A stretch of 64,000 nt of DNA from Acidobacteriota bacterium (GTDB lineage: Bacteria > Acidobacteriota > JAAYUB01). This document shows, piece by piece, positions 1-11,484 of this stretch. Position 1 is the first letter of the stretch; the number at the start of each line of letters is the position of its first letter. Under the pieces are notes generated by a model. The model saw nothing but the letters and a program-made list of their open reading frames with translations. It searched no databases and was not told the origin of the DNA. Both the position numbers and the translations under genes were made by a program. The stretch covers positions 14,286 to 78,285 of the forward strand of contig JAGNHB010000018.1 in NCBI GenBank assembly GCA_018001935.1, given 5' to 3'.

Positions 1-1
1 A

Positions 2-148
2 ATGGCCGAAAAACGCTTTCCGGACCAGCCAGAGCAGCACGGTGGAGTCCTTCCCGATGGACCAGAGCATGCAGAGGCGGTCGAAGTGCTTGTAGGCTTC
101 CCGCAGGATGTAGACGGAGCGGTTCTCCAGTTCCGTCAGGTGTTTCAT
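2..148 (-). CDS. cysD: sulfate adenylyltransferase subunit 2, N-terminal 49 aa only (gene runs off the window start)
   Basis: reverse-strand translation [49 protein letters not shown] matches the CysD PAPS-reductase-like N-terminus; ATG overlaps the cysC stop (ATGA). Confidence 0.8.
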   Translation of the reverse strand, partial: MKHLTELENRSVYILREAYKHFDRLCMLWSIGKDSTVLLWLVRKAFFGH

Positions 149-798
149 GAAACCTCCTCCGCTCCCTGCCCGGGTGCACCCGCCCAGGACGGCCGCTGGC
201 GGGCTTCCAGGCCGTCCGTCAGGGCGAGCAGCCGGTCGAGGGCCCCGGCGGGGGACAACGCCTCGGTGTCCAGGACCAGCTCGGGCTCGAGGGGCTCCTC
301 GTAGGGGTCGTCGATGCCGGTGAAGCCGGGGAGCCCGCCGGCCCGGGCCTTCCGGTAGAGCCCGTTCACGTCCCGGCGCTCGCAGGTCTCGAGGCTGCAG
401 CGCACGTGGACCTCGGCGAACTCGCCCGGGGCGAAGAGGGCCCGGACCCGGTCCCGGTCCGCCCGGTAGGGGGAGATGAAGGCGGCGACCACGCCCAGCC
501 CGGCCTCCACCAGGAGCCTCGCGACCTCCCCGGCGCGGCGGATGTTCTCCCGCCGGTCCTCCGCCGAGAAGCCGAGCCCGGCGTTCAGGCCCGTGCGAAG
601 ATGGTCTCCGTCCAGGTGGAAGACCCGCCGCCCGCGGCGGTGAAGTTCGGCCTCCAGCATCCGCGCCAGGGTCGACTTGCCGGAGCCGGACAGCCCCGTG
701 AGCCAGACCAGCCAGGAACCGTGCCCGTTCAGGCGCCGCCGGTCGTTCACGCCGAGGGCGCGGGGGCAGGGGTTGAGTTCTTGCCGGGTGTCACACAT
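145..798 (-). CDS. cysC: adenylyl-sulfate (APS) kinase
   Basis: P-loop [13 protein letters not shown] and APS kinase core FHLDGDHLR; stop overlaps cysD start. Confidence 0.9.
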   Translation of the reverse strand: MCDTRQELNPCPRALGVNDRRRLNGHGSWLVWLTGLSGSGKSTLARMLEAELHRRGRRVFHLDGDHLRTGLNAGLGFSAEDRRENIRRAGEVARLLVEAGLGVVAAFISPYRADRDRVRALFAPGEFAEVHVRCSLETCERRDVNGLYRKARAGGLPGFTGIDDPYEEPLEPELVLDTEALSPAGALDRLLALTDGLEARQRPSWAGAPGQGAEEVS

Positions 799-825
799 CT
801 TCTATATCCTTCTCGCTCTCTCCCC

Positions 826-1050
826 TCGGTATCGGTATCGGTATCGGAATCGCCATCGGTATCGCTTTCGGTATCGCAATCGCCATCGATATCGGAATCG
901 GTATCGGTGTCGCAATCGCAATCGGTGCCGCCTGTTCCCCGGTCTGGAAGCCTAGATAGCGACAGCGACTGCGATACCGATACCGAATTCCGACCCCGAT
1001 AGCGATTCCGACCCCGATACCGGTGGGGTATCGGGGGAACCCCTCTCTGA
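826..1050. repeat. composite tandem-repeat element: inverted arrays of hexamers (CGGTATC/GGAATCG versus CGATACC/CGATTCC) forming a long imperfect hairpin
   Basis: read directly: ggtatcggtatcggtatcggaatcgccatcggtatcgc ... gcgataccgataccgaattccgaccccgatagcgattccgaccccgataccggtggggtatcgggggaacccctc. Confidence 0.85.
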
Positions 1051-1082
1051 AAAAACAGACTATAGCACGAGAAGGGGGGGCA

Positions 1083-1895
1083 TCACAAACCCCATCCCGA
1101 GCCCTGGGGCTCGTGGCCCCACCGTTCCTGGATCTTCCGCTCCAGGTAGCCGAAGACCAGGCGGTCGGCCAGCAGGCCCAGGAGCATGATGACGCCCATG
1201 ACGGCCACCACCTGGGGCATGTCGTGCAGTTCCCGCCCCGTGGTCAGCAGGGCGCCGAGGCCGGTGTCCACGTAGAGCAGCTCGGCGGCCATGAGGGAGC
1301 GCCACGCGAAGGACCACCCCATCTTGGCGCCGGTGACCACGGCGGGGAGGGACGCGGGGAGCACCACGTGGAGGTAGGCCTGCCGCGCGCCGGCGCCCAG
1401 CATGCGGGCCGCGCGAAGGTAGAGGGGCGGGATGGCCCGGACGCCGTCGCGCACTGACAGGGTGAGGGCCATCAGGGAGCCCATGACCACCACGAAGAGC
1501 ATCCCCTCCTCGCCCAGGCCGAACCACAGGATGGCCAGGGGGAGCCAGCAGATGCTGGGGATGGCCTGGAGGCCCAGCGCCAGGGAGCCGATGGTGGCGT
1601 CGGCCCACCGGACGCGCCCCAGGAGGAGGCCCAGGGGAACGCCGCCCGTCACGGACAAGGCGTACCCCAGCAGGAGCCGCTGCAGGCTGGCTGCCGCGGC
1701 CGCCGGGTAGCTCCCGTTGGCGAACCCCGTCCAGAAGGACTGCGCCACCTGGAGCGGCGAGGGGAAAAGCACGGGGTCCCAGATCCGGGCGGCGTGGAGG
1801 CCGTGCCAGAGGAGGACCAGGCCCCCGAAGAAGCCGACCTGCAGCAGGGCCCGGCCGAGACGTCCGCGGCTTTCCCCGGCGCGCGCGGTGCTCAT
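1083..1895 (-). CDS. ABC transporter permease (NitT/TauT family, SsuC-like)
   Basis: multi-TM permease with the ABC-2/BPD signature region; start overlaps upstream ATPase stop (ATGA). Confidence 0.8.
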   Translation of the reverse strand: MSTARAGESRGRLGRALLQVGFFGGLVLLWHGLHAARIWDPVLFPSPLQVAQSFWTGFANGSYPAAAAASLQRLLLGYALSVTGGVPLGLLLGRVRWADATIGSLALGLQAIPSICWLPLAILWFGLGEEGMLFVVVMGSLMALTLSVRDGVRAIPPLYLRAARMLGAGARQAYLHVVLPASLPAVVTGAKMGWSFAWRSLMAAELLYVDTGLGALLTTGRELHDMPQVVAVMGVIMLLGLLADRLVFGYLERKIQERWGHEPQGSGWGL

Positions 1896-2695
1896 GACCC
1901 GCCTCCCGCCGCCGGTGCCGAGGCCTCCGGCGCAACGGCCCCCGGGCCGGCCTGGGAACGGAGGTCGTCCCGAATCACGGAGGCGATCCGCACCAGCTCC
2001 ACGTCCTCGAGGTGGCGTCCGCGGGGGAGGTCGACCGGGTACTCCCGGTGGATCGACCCGCCCCGGACGGACATCAGGATCACCCGCTCACCGAGCCGGA
2101 CGGCCTCGCGGACGTTGTGGGTCACGAAGATCACCGTCTTGCGGGTGGTCTGCCAGATCCGCTCCAGTTCCTCGTGGAGTTCGTCGCGGGTCTGGGCGTC
2201 CAGGGCGGCGAAGGGCTCGTCCATGAGCAGGATCTCGGGGTCCTTGGCCAGGGCGGCGGCCAGGGCGACCCGCTGGCGCATGCCGCCCGAAAGCTCGTGA
2301 GGCCAGGCCCGGGCGAAGTCGGTCAGCCCCACCGTGCGGAGGAGCGAGTGGGCCCGCTCGGTGCGCTCCCGGGGGGGAAGGCCCGCCATGCGCAGGGCGA
2401 AGGCCACGTTCTGCGACGCGTTGAGCCAGGGGAAGAGGGGCGGTTCCTGGAAGATCATCCCGCACTCGCGCGAGGGTCCCGTGACGGGGACGCCGCCGAT
2501 GCGGACCTCGCCCCGGTCGGGCTTCTCCAGCCCGGCGACGAGATTGAGGAGGGTGGACTTGCCGCAGCCCGAGGACCCCACCACGCAGAGGAACTCCCCC
2601 GGGGCCATCGACAGGGTGACGTCCGTGGCGGCCGGCACGGGGCCGGAGCGCTGCTGGAAGCTCTTGGAGATGTGGTCGAGTTCGACGCGTTTCAA
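1892..2695 (-). CDS. ABC transporter ATP-binding protein (SsuB/TauB-like)
   Basis: Walker A GSSGCGKST, signature LSGGMRQRV, Walker B LLMDEPF; start inferred (TTG near 2695), while the longer upstream ORF extension is high-GC read-through. Confidence 0.75.
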   Translation of the reverse strand: MKRVELDHISKSFQQRSGPVPAATDVTLSMAPGEFLCVVGSSGCGKSTLLNLVAGLEKPDRGEVRIGGVPVTGPSRECGMIFQEPPLFPWLNASQNVAFALRMAGLPPRERTERAHSLLRTVGLTDFARAWPHELSGGMRQRVALAAALAKDPEILLMDEPFAALDAQTRDELHEELERIWQTTRKTVIFVTHNVREAVRLGERVILMSVRGGSIHREYPVDLPRGRHLEDVELVRIASVIRDDLRSQAGPGAVAPEASAPAAGGGS

Positions 2696-2724
2696 AGCTG
2701 CCGCCTGTGCACCGCGGTCCGCCG

Positions 2725-3807
2725 TCAGGGTTGGACCGGGGGAAGGTTCATCGCCTGCAGCACGGCACCGAGCGGGGCGAGCTCGAACAGTCCCCCGATG
2801 TCGTCGGGACCGTACCCCGGCGGCAGGTAACCCAGGTCCCGGGCCCGGGCCGCCGACTCCCTCATGGAGGCGACCCCCGGGTCCCAGGTCAGCTTCATGC
2901 GGGAAAACGCCTCCGACAGGATTTCCCGGGACAGGGGTTTCTGCATGACGGCCTCGAGGCCGGCCCGGATGACGTCCACCGCTTCCGCCGGGTGGTCCAG
3001 GGACCACCGGGTGGTCTCCACGTGGGCTTCGACGAACTTTCGGACCACGTCGGGGCGCTGCCGGACCCAGTCCTCCCGGACCACCAGGACCGCGGTGGTG
3101 AACCGGCCCCCGGGCCACAGGGAAGTCTCGTCGATCAGGATCTCCCCCCCCGCCTCCCGGCACAGGCGGGTGGCCCAGGGCTCGGGGACCCACGCGGCGT
3201 CCAGGCTCCCCTGGCGGAAGAGCATGAGGATCTCGGGGTTCTTCACCGGCTTGACCTTGACGTCCGTCCCCGGGGTGAACCCCTGCTGCTTCAGCCAGGC
3301 CCTCAGGGTGATGTCCTGGGTGTTGCCCAGTTCCGGCGAGGCCACGGTGCGCCCCTTCAGGTCGGCCGGGGCACGGAGGCCCAGTTCCCTGCGGACCACC
3401 AGCGAGGCCCCGCCCGAGGTGGCGCCGGCGACGATGCGCAGGGCGCCCTTGCCGGCGCGGAGGTAGGCGTTGATGGCGGGGTTGGGGCCGACGTAGGCGA
3501 TGTCGATCTCGCCGGCCAGGAGCGCCTCCATCTCCGTCGGGCCGGCGTTGAAGACCTTGTAGGCCACCGGCAGGCCCGTCTTCGCCTCGAAGGTCCCCTT
3601 GGCGCGTCCGATGATGGCCTGGGCGTGGGTGATGTTGGCGAAGTAGCCGACACGGAGGGTCCCCGAGGCGACGCCGTCCTTTCGACCGCAGGCGGCGCCG
3701 GCGAGCAGGAGGGCGACCACGGCGGGGACCGCGGCGAGGGATCGAAGGCCGGCGGCGCGCCGACGCGGTGCCGGGAGAAGACACAACGGGCTGAAATTAA
3801 AGGTCAT
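2725..3807 (-). CDS. ABC substrate-binding lipoprotein, aliphatic sulfonate/NitT-TauT family (SsuA-like)
   Basis: signal peptide with lipobox LLAGAACG; periplasmic binding protein fold typical of SsuA/TauA. Confidence 0.8.
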   Translation of the reverse strand: MTFNFSPLCLLPAPRRRAAGLRSLAAVPAVVALLLAGAACGRKDGVASGTLRVGYFANITHAQAIIGRAKGTFEAKTGLPVAYKVFNAGPTEMEALLAGEIDIAYVGPNPAINAYLRAGKGALRIVAGATSGGASLVVRRELGLRAPADLKGRTVASPELGNTQDITLRAWLKQQGFTPGTDVKVKPVKNPEILMLFRQGSLDAAWVPEPWATRLCREAGGEILIDETSLWPGGRFTTAVLVVREDWVRQRPDVVRKFVEAHVETTRWSLDHPAEAVDVIRAGLEAVMQKPLSREILSEAFSRMKLTWDPGVASMRESAARARDLGYLPPGYGPDDIGGLFELAPLGAVLQAMNLPPVQP

Positions 3808-3936
3808 GCTTGTCCTCTTTGAATCCGGAGACCGATTGACCGATCACTCTAGCAGGAACCCCCGGCCGCCGTCAACCCTCAATCCGGGGACGTCAAGGTT
3901 GGGGAGGGAGGGCGGGAACCCCTCTGCCGAGGGGTT

Positions 3937-6843
<2,907 letters not shown>

Positions 6844-6860
<17 letters not shown>

Positions 6861-7866
6861 GCAGCCGGAACGCGGGGAGGGCGGCGAGCATCCCCTCGTC
6901 CTCCAGGTCGAGGCCGCCCCGTTGCGCCACACGGACGACCCCCGGCATCTCGTGGAACGCGCCCGCGGGGTCGTGCAGCAGGATCTCCGGCCGCTCGTCG
7001 ATTCCGGCCTCGGAGCGGATCTCGGCGAAAATACCCCCGTCCAGGCGGATCTCCTCGTCCAGCGGGGCGCCGGCCACCGTGCGGAGGATGTAGTCCTCCA
7101 GTTTCCGCGGGTTAAGCAGCGCCGTGCGGTGCGAGAATACCGCCGTCAACCGGAAACCCGTCAGGGCCGGGCGGGAAACCGGTCCCCCGGGGGAGGGCGC
7201 CGCGCCGCAGGCCACCGGCGGCACGCTCCCGGTATCGCGTCCGCGGGGCGGGGCGGGGGTGACGGCCCCGGGGCAAGGGCCCGGGGCGCCGGCGTCGCCG
7301 GGGGGGGGCGGGGCACTCCGGCCCCCGTCAGCCCGGGGCGGCCTTTCCCGAAGGCAGAAAACGGTGGTCCGGTGCGGCCCCACGTGCACCCACGCCAGCG
7401 GGACGCCGCCGGGCAGACCGGCTTCCCGCGCCCGCGTCAGCCCCGCCGCCAGGGTGAAGTGCGGGGCGGGGGCGACGAGGGCGCCGGGGAGCTGGCGGAG
7501 CGCCTCGAGCTGGAGACCGGGGAAGGGGCGGTTCCGGTCGTGGTGGTACAGGTCCGCGACGCGACCGCCCGAGTCCAGGACATGGGAGAGGACCTGGCGC
7601 TCCGCGGACGGGGCGGCGTCGTCGAACCCCGGGGGGAGGTCCGAGCAGAGGGCCACGAGGCAGGCCGCGGGGCGTTCCGCCGCCGGCAGGCCCCGAAGGA
7701 AGGCGCCGAGGGGGACGCGTTCCTGCCGGCGGCCCGTTGGCACGCCGGGAGGGTCGAAGGGCGGGGGGCCCGGGAAGGATCGCCGGAAGGCGAGGTCGTC
7801 CTCCCGGACCAGGGTGAAGAGGGTCTCTTCCTCGAACAACCGGATGAGCAGGACGGCACAATCCAT
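6844..7866 (-). CDS. hypothetical protein with internal Pro/Gly-rich low-complexity insert
   Basis: ORF with conserved-looking N- and C-terminal segments; no family recognised. Confidence 0.45.
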
Positions 7867-8039
7867 GGATCAGGCAGGTCTCCCGTGCGATTTCGACCGG
7901 CGACGGGGAAACTGTAGCAGATTGGCGGGGGAAAGGGAAGGGGGCCCGACCGGTTCGGACCCCCTGAGGTTCCTCTGGTATGACGAAGCATCCGGGGTCG
8001 AGGGGTTGTCCTGCCTCCGACCTCGTCCGCTTCGCCCAC

Positions 8040-11000
8040 TCACGGGGTGAACGAGACGGGCGGGAAAAAGTCGATCCAGATGGGGTTGGTCAGGGCCCGT
8101 TTCCGCGGGTTGATGACCGACCGGACCTCGGCCCGGTAGTACAGGCCCGGCTTCACGTCCACCTGCCAGATGTGGGCCCCAAGGTAGCAACTGTCGGGGA
8201 CGACGGTTTCCGTTCCGCCGACGGTCCCCTTGTAGACCACGATGTCGAGGTTGGGGTTGTCCTGAAGGTTGGGGACCAGGACGTAGAGATCCCCCTTGTC
8301 GCGGAGGGGTTCGATGCTGGTGGCGGTGTACAGCGTCTGCCCCATGTGGAGGAAGCTCCCGTCGGTCCAGACGTTGTTCACCCGCTTGTACGGGAGCAGG
8401 TAGATGGCGATGTCGGGGCCGGTGGAGACGTAGCTGTAGCCGGACCTGACGGCGCTCAGGACGGAGGCGGTCGTGGGTTGGGGCGCGTAGGCCACCGTCC
8501 GGGTGGTGAAGAGGCTGTCGTGGCGTGCCGGGGCGGCGAGGTCACGGCACTCGGGGGGAAGCAGGCCGCTCCCGCCCACGATCCGGGTCTTGATGCCCTT
8601 CAGCAGCCGGTGTTTCACCCAGCTGTCGATGCTCTGCATGTCGTCCGTGTCGAAGCGGCCGTCGATGGCGACGAGGCCGTGCTCCCCGGAGAAAAAGGGC
8701 CAGGAGGTCGCCAGGACTTCGTCCGGGTCGTTCACCGCCCAGGCGCTCGTGGTCTCGCATCCCGGGTGGCTGATCAGGGAGAGCGCCCCCGGCTCCGTCT
8801 TCACCTGGTTGAGCACCCCCTGGGTGGATTGACCCGGCGCGATCTCGCCGGAGAAGTTGACCGCGTTCACGTGGATCTCGTCGGCGTTCACCGTGCGCTC
8901 CAGCAGGGTGGTCTTCACTTCCTGGCCGGGGATGAGCAGGCGGTCGTCGTTGGAGTAATAGCCGCAGTAGAGCCGGTGCCAGCCGAAGATGTCGCCGTAC
9001 CCCGAGTAGCCGAAGTTTTCCAGCGTGAGGTTGGCCCAGTCCAGGTAACGGTTGGTCAGGATGTCCGGGATGAGCGGGAAGCTCCAGTGCGGCCCGTTGC
9101 AGTCCCCGAGGTTCATCTGGGCGTCTCCCTCCCGCCAGTTCGCGTGAACCACCGCCTGGTCGAGCTTCCGGAAGCAGAAGTGAGGGAGCAGACTGTAGTG
9201 GACGTAAGGGTGCATGGGGAAATTGACATTGTATTCCCCCTCCGGGTCCCAGTCGTAGGCGTAGTGGCAGGCGTAGTCAGGTTCCCAGTGACGCCAGTCG
9301 GGGAACTCGTACCGCACTTTCGCCGCCGGCTTCCCCTTGGGGAAGAGGTCCCCCTTGGCCCGGACGAAGGCCCGGATCTCCCCCGGTCCGGACAGGTCGG
9401 CCGTGAAGAAGGTGTTCCGTGACCCCGAGGGGATGTCCCCCCGGAAGAGGAGCCGGTGGTTGGCCCCCGTCACGAAGCCTTCCAGGGGGACCGTGGAGCT
9501 GGTGCTCAGGCAGACCTGGGTCGGAAACTTCCACATGTTGGAGACCACCCCGCTGGCGGCGCTGTACCAGGGCGACAACGGGAGGTTCTCCAGAGGCGCG
9601 TACTTCCGGAACGCCAGGGAGGCGCTGGTGATGGCCGGGTTCGCGATGGACACGTCCAGGAACCCGGCGAAGAGCAGGTGGAAGACCTGGCCCCGGTACT
9701 CGGTGTTCCCCCAGAGCGGGAACCCCGCGGTCTTGAACCAGTCGCTCTCGTCGAAGCTGCCGATGAACTCCACGAGCGGGTGTTTTCGCCCCTCGTTGGT
9801 GTTGAACTGGCTCACGGGGCGGTTCAGGGCGCGGGTGAGCAGTTCGTCGGCCCCGGCATGGCCGATGAGCACCAGCTTCGACATGGCGAGGCTGTTGTAG
9901 AACGGCTCGAAGTTGTGGAGCAGGTTCTCGTCCGCGTTGTCCCAGCAGTCCATCCCCGCGGAACCGAAGTTCCCCAGCTCCCCGTTGATCCGGGCCAGGG
10001 CGTTGGGCGGGAAGAGGGGTTCCTTGATATAGTTGGCGGGGTTCTTCATCCAGGCCGCCAGCGTGTCGGGATCCTGGCCGGTGATCTCCTCGCAGAGCCA
10101 TTCCAGCACCCGGTCCTTGATCTCCTCCTTCAGGGCGGCGAGCGGGTCCAGGTACGCCAGGTAGTCCATGACGTCGCTGAACAACTCGTCCAGGGCCACC
10201 AGGATGTCCGGCTCCCCGCACATGCTGGACAGGTACTGGTCCGCCCAGGCCTGCAGGACGTCCACGGCGTCGTAGCCGTTCTCCCCCTTCTCGTCGTCGC
10301 TCAACACGAGCTTCCCCTGGGTGACGAGGCGGCCCACCTCCGCGTTGGCGTAAACCCAGGCGCTGAGCCCGGTGTCGATGTCGGCGACCCAGTTGATGCA
10401 GTACGTCCGGATCAGGTTCTGGAACCAGTCACCGGGGTTCAGCCGTCCGATGGCGTCCCCCAGCGATTGTCGCAGCCGTATGAACACGTCGAGGTGCTTG
10501 GGGAAACCGGTCTTCTGGAACAGCGGGTTGAACCCGGAGGCGACGGACCCGTTGAAGAGGATGGCCCGGAGGGAGAACATCCGGGGGGAGCAGCCCCCGT
10601 CGGCAGACCAGCCGATCTTCTGGTCCACGTAGGTTTCCACCAGCATGTGGCGGGCGATGTTCTGAGCCTCCGCGGACGTGATCCCGTCGGTGACCTTGGG
10701 AAAAGGGCCGCCGGCCCAGCTGTTCACCCAGGTGTGCCCGAAGAGGTCGCAGGCCCCGTGGACCATCATGCCCAGCACGAAAGCCTTGCAGGCTTTTTTG
10801 TACTGAGTGCGGGTCAGCCGCGACGCGGTGCGCTCGATGGCCACGTCCTCGAGCATCTGGGACCCCCGGCCCGTGTTGAGGGGGAGGTAGGCCCCCGCGG
10901 GCTCGTCGGTGGTCTCGCTGCCCTCCGGAAGGGCGCAGGCCTTGTCCCACAGGTACTTCACCCACTCGCCGGAGGTCGTCCCCTCCCGGGGGTGGATGAA

Positions 11001-11279
11001 GGCCTGGCCGATGTAGATGTCGGCGTAGGCGTCGGGCCCCACGGTGCCGCCCATGAAGTAGGCGTTGTAGGTGGTGATGAGTTCCAGATGCTCGGCCGGG
11101 ACCTTGAAGTAGCCATAGGGCGGGACCTCCACCCAGCCGCCGTGGTCGTTGCACTCCTTCACCAGCCGGTATCCCAGGAAGGAGTGGGTCTTGGGCTTCC
11201 AGGCGAGGGCGTCCGCCTGAAAGCAGGCCGAGAGGGCGAAAACGGCCAGGGTCATCAGAAATACGGATCGTCGGTTCAT
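8040..11279 (-). CDS. large secreted protein (1079 aa), possible zinc-dependent phospholipase C / S1-P1 nuclease-like N-terminal domain
   Basis: signal peptide MNRRSVFLMTLAVFALSA; mature N-terminus AWKPKTH...GPDAYADIY...H resembles the Zn-PLC Trp/His ligand pattern (weak); GGGAGG RBS upstream of ATG at 11279. Confidence 0.65.
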   Translation of the reverse strand: MNRRSVFLMTLAVFALSACFQADALAWKPKTHSFLGYRLVKECNDHGGWVEVPPYGYFKVPAEHLELITTYNAYFMGGTVGPDAYADIYIGQAFIHPREGTTSGEWVKYLWDKACALPEGSETTDEPAGAYLPLNTGRGSQMLEDVAIERTASRLTRTQYKKACKAFVLGMMVHGACDLFGHTWVNSWAGGPFPKVTDGITSAEAQNIARHMLVETYVDQKIGWSADGGCSPRMFSLRAILFNGSVASGFNPLFQKTGFPKHLDVFIRLRQSLGDAIGRLNPGDWFQNLIRTYCINWVADIDTGLSAWVYANAEVGRLVTQGKLVLSDDEKGENGYDAVDVLQAWADQYLSSMCGEPDILVALDELFSDVMDYLAYLDPLAALKEEIKDRVLEWLCEEITGQDPDTLAAWMKNPANYIKEPLFPPNALARINGELGNFGSAGMDCWDNADENLLHNFEPFYNSLAMSKLVLIGHAGADELLTRALNRPVSQFNTNEGRKHPLVEFIGSFDESDWFKTAGFPLWGNTEYRGQVFHLLFAGFLDVSIANPAITSASLAFRKYAPLENLPLSPWYSAASGVVSNMWKFPTQVCLSTSSTVPLEGFVTGANHRLLFRGDIPSGSRNTFFTADLSGPGEIRAFVRAKGDLFPKGKPAAKVRYEFPDWRHWEPDYACHYAYDWDPEGEYNVNFPMHPYVHYSLLPHFCFRKLDQAVVHANWREGDAQMNLGDCNGPHWSFPLIPDILTNRYLDWANLTLENFGYSGYGDIFGWHRLYCGYYSNDDRLLIPGQEVKTTLLERTVNADEIHVNAVNFSGEIAPGQSTQGVLNQVKTEPGALSLISHPGCETTSAWAVNDPDEVLATSWPFFSGEHGLVAIDGRFDTDDMQSIDSWVKHRLLKGIKTRIVGGSGLLPPECRDLAAPARHDSLFTTRTVAYAPQPTTASVLSAVRSGYSYVSTGPDIAIYLLPYKRVNNVWTDGSFLHMGQTLYTATSIEPLRDKGDLYVLVPNLQDNPNLDIVVYKGTVGGTETVVPDSCYLGAHIWQVDVKPGLYYRAEVRSVINPRKRALTNPIWIDFFPPVSFTP

Positions 11280-11484
11280 GTCAACCTCCCGCTCGATGGT
11301 GGTTGCATTGTCGCCGGGAGCGGGGGGAAACGGAACCGGGGGATATCACCGATCGCGTGGGAGGATTTACCGGTGCGCCGCCTTCGTCGATGCGATGGGC
11401 GAACGGGCCCAAAGCACGATCCCGCCCCGAAGGAGGCGGGATCGGCGGCGTTCTCGAGGCCTGTGCGTCGGGGCGGCCCGCCGG

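Noticed and set aside
1892-3784. 630-aa ORF suggesting a giant ABC ATPase
   Set aside because: Only the C-terminal approximately 268 aa (from about 2695) look like an ABC ATPase. The upstream portion is antisense to ssuA and is Arg/Pro-rich noise.
8040-11279. Confident zinc phospholipase C assignment for the 1079-aa secreted protein
   Set aside because: Only the first approximately 80 mature residues loosely fit the Zn-PLC/S1-P1 ligand pattern. The remaining approximately 950 aa are unassigned, so the call is kept tentative.
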